From assembly GCA_023228845.1 (NCBI GenBank), contig JALOAK010000009.1:14007-78006 (forward strand): DNA of 64,000 nucleotides, written 5' to 3'. The notes below the pieces were generated by a model. The model made no database searches. It saw only the letters and a program-made list of their open reading frames with translations, and had not been told where the DNA came from. This stretch comes from Lysobacterales bacterium. Its GTDB lineage: Bacteria > Pseudomonadota > Gammaproteobacteria > Xanthomonadales > UBA2363. Shown one piece after another: positions 59,012 to 64,000 of the stretch (within the stretch, counting starts at the first letter, position 1; the number at the start of each line of letters is the position of its first letter). A program made the position numbers and the translations under genes.

Positions 59012-60835
59012 ATGCGAACAGTTACCATTCCGCGGCCGCTGCCTTTGCTGCCGGCCTACAGGCGGCAATTGCCGCTGATCCTGGTGCTGGTTGTTGCCCT
59101 GTCGGCCTGTGCCGGCGGTGCCACGCGTCCGGAGGCGACAACCGGATCGTCATTGCCCGATGGCGATGACTGGCGGCTGTCGATTCCCGAACAAACGCTG
59201 GACATGCTGCCACTGGACCATCTGCTGGCCGCTGAATTCGCCTTGCGCGAGGACAATCTGGAGCGCGCCGCACAAGCCTATCTGGAAGCGGCCCTGGCCA
59301 GTGAGCGGATCGAGGTAGCCCGGCGCGCAACCCGGGTGAACCTGGCCGCCCAGCGCTGGCAGGATGCCGCCACCGCCCTGCAGCGCTGGCAGGAACTGGC
59401 TGGCCCGGGCTCGCCCGAACTGCAGCAGGCACACGCCGCCCTGGCCCTGGGCGAAGGCGATGCCGATGCCGCCACCAGCCATCTGCTGACCCTGGTTCAA
59501 CCCGGTGGCGTGGTGGCGGCGCGGCTGGCGGCGGCGGCGCTGGAGAGCGCACCCGACCGCGCCCTTGCCCTGGCGGTGCTGCAGCGGCTGGCCGACTCGC
59601 CGCAGTTGCCGGCCGATGCCGCCGTGGTCATCGGCCTGAGCCAGGCGGGGCTGACCATGGAGCGCAATGACCTGGCCGAAGCCCTGGCCGGTCTGGGCAC
59701 CACGCGCCTGCCCGAATCGCCCGAGGTCTGGTTCTGGCGCGCCCGCCTGGCCAATGCCGCCGGTGATCCGCAGCGCGCCCGCCAGGTGCTGGACCAGGCG
59801 CTGCAACTGAACCCGGACAGCCCCGAAATTCGCCGCACCTATGCCGTGCTGCTGAAGAACGAGTTCGACGATGCCCGCGGTGCCGCGCTGGCGCTGGCCG
59901 ACCTGCCGGCCGAGGACGACAGTTTGGCCCTGCGCGCCGCCTACGCCCTGGAAGCGGGCGACTGGGATCAGGTCAGCGAGGTGCAGCAGGCCCTGCAGAG
60001 TCTGGATCCGCCGCATCCGGCCAACCGCCTGCTGCTGATGGCCGGCGTTGCCGAGGCCGTGGCCGAACATGTCGCCGATCAGGATCCGGCCCAGGCAGCG
60101 CGCTGGCGCGCCGAGGCGGTGGACTGGTATGACCGCGTCGATCCTGAAGATGGCGAGCGCCACGTCCGCGCCCAGCAGCGCCTGGCGGTGCTCGACCAGC
60201 GCGATGGCCGGCTCGATGATGCCCGTGCTCGCCTGGCGCGGATCCGTGCCACGGCCGATGCCGACGATCCGGCCTTCGGCGACAGCTATCTGCTGGAGGC
60301 CGAATTGCTGGAACGGGCCGGCCATGCCGATGACGCCATCGCGGTGCTCAGCGAAGGCCTGGAAGCACTGCCCGCCGATATCCGCCTGCGCTATTCGCGC
60401 GCCCTGGCCTATGAGCGCCAGGACAAGGTCGAGCCGGCCCTGGCCGACCTGCGCAGCCTGGTCGAGCTGGATCCGGACAATCCGATGTTCCTCAACGCCT
60501 ACGGCTACACCCTGGCCGACCGCACCGATCGCCACGAAGAAGCCCTGCTGCTGATCCAGCGCGCGCTGGAAGCGGATCCCGAAGACATCGCCACCATCGA
60601 CAGCATGGGCTGGGTGCTGTACCGGCTGGGCCGCAACGAAGAAGCGCTGCGCTATCTGCAAGTGGCCTTCGCCAGCCAGCCCGATGCCGAAATCGGCGCC
60701 CACCTGGGTGAAGTGCTGTGGGTGTTGGGCGACCGCGAGCAGGCACGAGTGGTCTGGCGCCAGGCCGCCGACAGCGACCCGGACAACCGGGTGCTGAAGG
60801 CAACCCTGGAGCGTTTCGGGGTTGAACAGCCCTGA
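59012..60835 (+). CDS. TPR-repeat lipoprotein (conserved partner upstream of lolB)
   Basis: ATG 59012; lipobox LSAC. Multiple TPR-like helices, including NAYGYTLADRTDRHEEALLLIQRALEADPED. Confidence 0.8.
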   Translation: MRTVTIPRPLPLLPAYRRQLPLILVLVVALSACAGGATRPEATTGSSLPDGDDWRLSIPEQTLDMLPLDHLLAAEFALREDNLERAAQAYLEAALASERIEVARRATRVNLAAQRWQDAATALQRWQELAGPGSPELQQAHAALALGEGDADAATSHLLTLVQPGGVVAARLAAAALESAPDRALALAVLQRLADSPQLPADAAVVIGLSQAGLTMERNDLAEALAGLGTTRLPESPEVWFWRARLANAAGDPQRARQVLDQALQLNPDSPEIRRTYAVLLKNEFDDARGAALALADLPAEDDSLALRAAYALEAGDWDQVSEVQQALQSLDPPHPANRLLLMAGVAEAVAEHVADQDPAQAARWRAEAVDWYDRVDPEDGERHVRAQQRLAVLDQRDGRLDDARARLARIRATADADDPAFGDSYLLEAELLERAGHADDAIAVLSEGLEALPADIRLRYSRALAYERQDKVEPALADLRSLVELDPDNPMFLNAYGYTLADRTDRHEEALLLIQRALEADPEDIATIDSMGWVLYRLGRNEEALRYLQVAFASQPDAEIGAHLGEVLWVLGDREQARVVWRQAADSDPDNRVLKATLERFGVEQP

Positions 60836-60909
60836 ACCGGCCGGCTTTCGTGGATGCGCTCTTGACGATGGCGCCGGCATCGGCCCAACCCGTTGCCTTG
60901 CCCGCAGCG

Positions 60910-61527
60910 ATGGTCATGCGCGCGGCGCCATGGTGTCGGTTGCTGTGCCTGTTGCTGCCGGCGCTGGCGCTGGTTGCCTGCAGCAGCCAGCCGGTGCGTG
61001 ATGATTCCCGCTGGCGGTCGGTCGAGGGCGTGGATCCGGCGCTGGCCGACAGCTTCCGGATCAGTGGCCGGCTGGCGGTCAGCGATGGCCGCGATGGTGG
61101 CAGTGCCGGTTTCCTCTGGTTGCAGGACGGCGATGCCTTCCAGGTCGAACTGCGCCAGCCGGTCAGCCAGCGCACCTGGCGCCTGAGCGGCGACAGCCAC
61201 GGCGCCGTGCTCGATGACGGTTCCGGGCAACAACAGGCCGGTTCGGCCGAAGCCCTGTTGTACCAGGCTTTGGGTTGGCAGGTGCCGGTGACCGCCCTGC
61301 GCGACTGGGTGCGCGGCCTGGCCCACGCAGACATGGCGATCCAGGAAGGCGCCGAGGATGCTTTCGGCCGCTGGCAGTGGCTGCTCCAGGGCGGTTGGCG
61401 GGTGCAGTACCGCGGCTGGCTGGGCGACAGCGCCTGGCCGCTGCGCATCGAGGCGCGCAATCCGCCCTACAGCGTGCGCCTGTCGATCCAGGACTGGGCC
61501 GTGCCTCATGACCCGCCCCGGCGCTGA
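60910..61527 (+). CDS. lolB: Outer-membrane lipoprotein LolB
   Basis: Lipobox LVAC-S. FRISGRLAVSDGRDGGSAGFLWLQDGDAFQVEL is typical of LolB. Position between the TPR gene and ispE. The start is ATG 60910 or 60916. Confidence 0.85.
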   Translation: MVMRAAPWCRLLCLLLPALALVACSSQPVRDDSRWRSVEGVDPALADSFRISGRLAVSDGRDGGSAGFLWLQDGDAFQVELRQPVSQRTWRLSGDSHGAVLDDGSGQQQAGSAEALLYQALGWQVPVTALRDWVRGLAHADMAIQEGAEDAFGRWQWLLQGGWRVQYRGWLGDSAWPLRIEARNPPYSVRLSIQDWAVPHDPPRR

Positions 61528-62386
61528 TCCGGACGCCAGCGCCGATGGCCTTGTGTGGCTGCCGGCTCCGGCCAAGCTGAACCTGTTCCTGCATGTCATC
61601 GGCCGTCGCGCCGATGGCTACCACCTGCTGCAGACCGTGTTCCAACTGCTGGACTGGGGCGACCGGATCGGCCTGGCCGTGACCGATGACGGTGCCATCC
61701 AGCGCAGCGGCGGTTGCCCGGACCTGCCGGCCGGGCAGGATCTGGCGGTGCGTGCAGCGCTGGCCTTGCAGCGGGAAAGCGGTGTCCGTTCGGGTGCCCG
61801 CATCCATATCGACAAGCACATTCCGGTCGGTGCCGGCCTGGGCGGCGGCAGCAGCGACGCCGCCACCGTCCTGGTCGGCCTGGACCACCTGTGGCGCACC
61901 GGCCTGGCGGTCGAGCGGTTGGCGCAGATTGGCGCCAGGCTCGGCGCCGATGTGCCGGTGTTCGTGCATGGCCACAGCGCCTTCGCCGAGGGCGTGGGCG
62001 AAAAGCTCACGCCGGTGTCGCTGCCCGGGGCCGATTTCGTGGTCGTCTGGCCGGGGCTGCCGGTCGCCACGGCGGACATTTTCCAAGCGCCTGAATTGAC
62101 AAGGAACACGCCGGCTTCGACAATATCGGCCCTTCTGCAGACCGCTGCCGGCAATGACCTTCAGCCAGTGGCCGTGCGTCGGCACCCGGAAATCGGCCAG
62201 GCCTTGGCCTTCCTGTGCCAGCATGGGCCGGCCCGGATGAGTGGTAGCGGCTCGGCGGTATTCGTGCCGGTGGCCGATGCCGCCACGGCGCAGGCGATAG
62301 TCGCCGACAGCCCCTGGCCGGCCTGGGCGGTACGCGGCGTCAACCGCTCGCCGCTGCAGCAGTTGCTGGCCGGTGATGGCCGATGA
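61508..62386 (+). CDS. ispE: 4-diphosphocytidyl-2-C-methyl-D-erythritol kinase
   Basis: PAPAKLNLFLHVIGRRADGYH and the GHMP motif PVGAGLGGGSSDAA. It overlaps the lolB 3' end by 20 nt. Confidence 0.93.
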   Translation: MTRPGADPDASADGLVWLPAPAKLNLFLHVIGRRADGYHLLQTVFQLLDWGDRIGLAVTDDGAIQRSGGCPDLPAGQDLAVRAALALQRESGVRSGARIHIDKHIPVGAGLGGGSSDAATVLVGLDHLWRTGLAVERLAQIGARLGADVPVFVHGHSAFAEGVGEKLTPVSLPGADFVVVWPGLPVATADIFQAPELTRNTPASTISALLQTAAGNDLQPVAVRRHPEIGQALAFLCQHGPARMSGSGSAVFVPVADAATAQAIVADSPWPAWAVRGVNRSPLQQLLAGDGR

Positions 62387-62499
62387 TGGCCGGCGCTTGG
62401 CCGCGGGCCTGAATCACGGCCGACAATGGACGCGAACACCGGTGGCAGCGGCTGCCGGTAGTGGCAGGATCAGGCCGGGCAGGCCAGAACAAGACGTGT

Positions 62500-62574
62500 T
62501 GGGGCGTCGCCAAGTGGTAAGGCACCGGGTTTTGATCCCGGCATTCGCAGGTTCGAATCCTGCCGCCCCAGCCA
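62500..62574 (+). tRNA. tRNA-Gln (anticodon UUG)
   Basis: TGGGGCGTCGCCAAGTGGTAAGGCACCGGGTTTTGATCCCGGCATTCGCAGGTTCGAATCCTGCCGCCCCAGCCA folds as a cloverleaf with anticodon loop TTTTGAT. It closely parallels E. coli tRNA-Gln, and CCA is encoded. Confidence 0.95.
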
Positions 62575-62694
62575 GTTCCAGGTACGGTGCAGCAAGCCGC
62601 TGCGCCGGAGTTTCAGGCGATCGCCGGCGCGGTCGTTCCATTCAGGTGGCCTGCGGCCCGATCCCGCAAGTCACGGCAAGCAGACGCGAAGCTC

Positions 62695-63651
62695 ATGACT
62701 CCTGAAGGCATCTTGGTATTTACCGGCAACGCCAACCGGCCGCTGGCCGAGGCGATCTGCCAGCAACTGGGCGTGCCCATGGGCAAAGCCCAGGTCGGCC
62801 GGTTCTCCGATGGCGAGGTGCAGGTCGAAATCGAGGAGAACGTGCGCGGCCAGGAAGCCTTCGTGATCCAGTCGACCAGCGCGCCGACCGCCGATCATTT
62901 CATGGAGCTGCTGGTGATCATCGATGCCCTCAAGCGCGCCTCGGTGAGCACGGTGACGGCGGTGATGCCCTATTTCGGTTATGCCCGCCAGGACCGGCGG
63001 CCACGTTCGGCACGGGTGCCGATCACGGCCAAGGTGGCAGCCAAGATGATCGGCGCGGTCGACGCCGACCGGGTGCTGACCCTGGACCTGCACGCCGACC
63101 AGATCCAGGGCTTCTTCGAGATGCCGGTGGACAACGTCTATGCCTCGCCGATCCTGCTCGCCGACATCTGGCGCCAGCAGGGCTCGAAGGATCTGATCGT
63201 GGTCTCGCCCGATGTCGGCGGCGTCGTCCGCGCCCGCGCCATCGCCAAGCGCCTGGATGATGCCGACCTGGCAATCATCGACAAGCGCCGGCCGCGCGCC
63301 AACGAGGCCACGGTGATGAACATCATCGGTGACGTGCAGGACAAGCTGTGCGTGCTGGTCGACGATATCGTCGATACCGCCGGCACGCTGTGTGCCGCCG
63401 CCGCCGCGCTCAAGGGCCGCGGCGCGCGCCGGGTGGTGGCCTACTGTACCCACCCGGTGCTGTCCGGTGCCGCCATCGACAACATCGAGGCGTCCGTGCT
63501 CGACGAACTGGTGGTCACCGACTCGATCCTGCTCAGCGCCCGCGCCGCCACCTGCCCGCGCATCCGCCAGCTCAGCGTTGCCGAGCTGCTGGCCGAGACC
63601 ATCCGCCGCATCGCCGTCGGCCAGTCGGTCAGCTCGCTGTACGTGGATTGA
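62695..63651 (+). CDS. prs: Ribose-phosphate pyrophosphokinase
   Basis: ATG 62695. [22 protein letters not shown] and [14 protein letters not shown] are PRPP synthetase hallmarks. Confidence 0.96.
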   Translation: MTPEGILVFTGNANRPLAEAICQQLGVPMGKAQVGRFSDGEVQVEIEENVRGQEAFVIQSTSAPTADHFMELLVIIDALKRASVSTVTAVMPYFGYARQDRRPRSARVPITAKVAAKMIGAVDADRVLTLDLHADQIQGFFEMPVDNVYASPILLADIWRQQGSKDLIVVSPDVGGVVRARAIAKRLDDADLAIIDKRRPRANEATVMNIIGDVQDKLCVLVDDIVDTAGTLCAAAAALKGRGARRVVAYCTHPVLSGAAIDNIEASVLDELVVTDSILLSARAATCPRIRQLSVAELLAETIRRIAVGQSVSSLYVD

Positions 63652-63680
63652 GGCCGGCATCCACCCGCAGATCCTTTTCC

Positions 63681-63704
63681 CCGCAGCGGCCAACACCGCT
63701 GCGG
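63681..63704 (+). terminator. Possible terminator/attenuator hairpin after prs
   Basis: ccgcagcgg-ccaaca-ccgctgcgg (9-bp stem) followed only by ATTTCC. Confidence 0.35.
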
Positions 63705-63776
63705 ATTTCCGACCCCCCGCTGGTCGCGGCGGGGGCATGACGCCGAAAGGCACCTGAAACAAAAGAGGCAACAACC

Positions 63777-64000
63777 ATGGCAACCAGCCACAAGATCGAA
63801 GTGCAACTGCGTGATGCGGGAGGGAAGGGTGCGAGCCGCCGCCTCCGTCATGCAGGCACCGTTCCCGCCATCGTCTATGGCGGCGATCTGCCGCCCGTGT
63901 CGATCCAGATGAACCACAACACCGTCTGGCTGCTGTCCCAGAACGAGTGGTTCTACTCGGCCATCCTGGACCTGAGCCTGGACGGTGACGTGCAGCCGGT
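63777..64000 (+). CDS. rplY: 50S ribosomal protein L25 / general stress protein Ctc (N-terminal part, runs off the window)
   Basis: ATG 63777 follows AGAGG. MATSHKIEVQLRDAGGKGASRRLRHAGTVPAIVYGG... is L25/Ctc-like. It follows prs, as is usual. Confidence 0.9.
   Translation, partial: MATSHKIEVQLRDAGGKGASRRLRHAGTVPAIVYGGDLPPVSIQMNHNTVWLLSQNEWFYSAILDLSLDGDVQP

Overview
High-G+C gammaproteobacterial chromosome segment. Gene order fits Xanthomonadales/Lysobacterales (inferred from synteny only; no search was run). Conserved housekeeping blocks: ybbA/tesA, bamD/rluD-pgeF, rplU-rpmA-obg, rpsT/murJ-ribF-ileS, mfd, mrcA, nadC, mtaD-like-ubiG-gph, folE2, and prfA-hemA / TPR-lolB-ispE-tRNA-Gln-prs-ctc. 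Three accessory stretches interrupt them. (i) 24.1-34.4 kb is an exoprotein/envelope cluster: a beta-propeller protein, an amidohydrolase, an M50 protease fusion, a small OM barrel and a 1262-aa repeat protein. (ii) 42.4-49.0 kb holds a 3.7-kb low-G+C islet with a multidomain lipase and a lipoprotein, bracketed by 112-bp direct repeats that duplicate the 3' end of the adjacent S8 protease gene. (iii) 52.2-56.6 kb is a low-G+C island next to prfA with a frameshifted toxin-antitoxin pair, a frameshifted GNAT, yegP behind a heptanucleotide microsatellite, and a PH-domain protein plus a CPBP protease. The most notable observation is that four unrelated large signal-peptide proteins all end in a [LI][FL][AR][ND]GF[EQ] motif within 3-15 residues of the stop codon. 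This may be an uncharacterised C-terminal sorting or secretion tag. No CRISPR array, rRNA gene, integrase or transposase was seen. All calls come from reading the sequence and ORF track by eye; no database search was possible.
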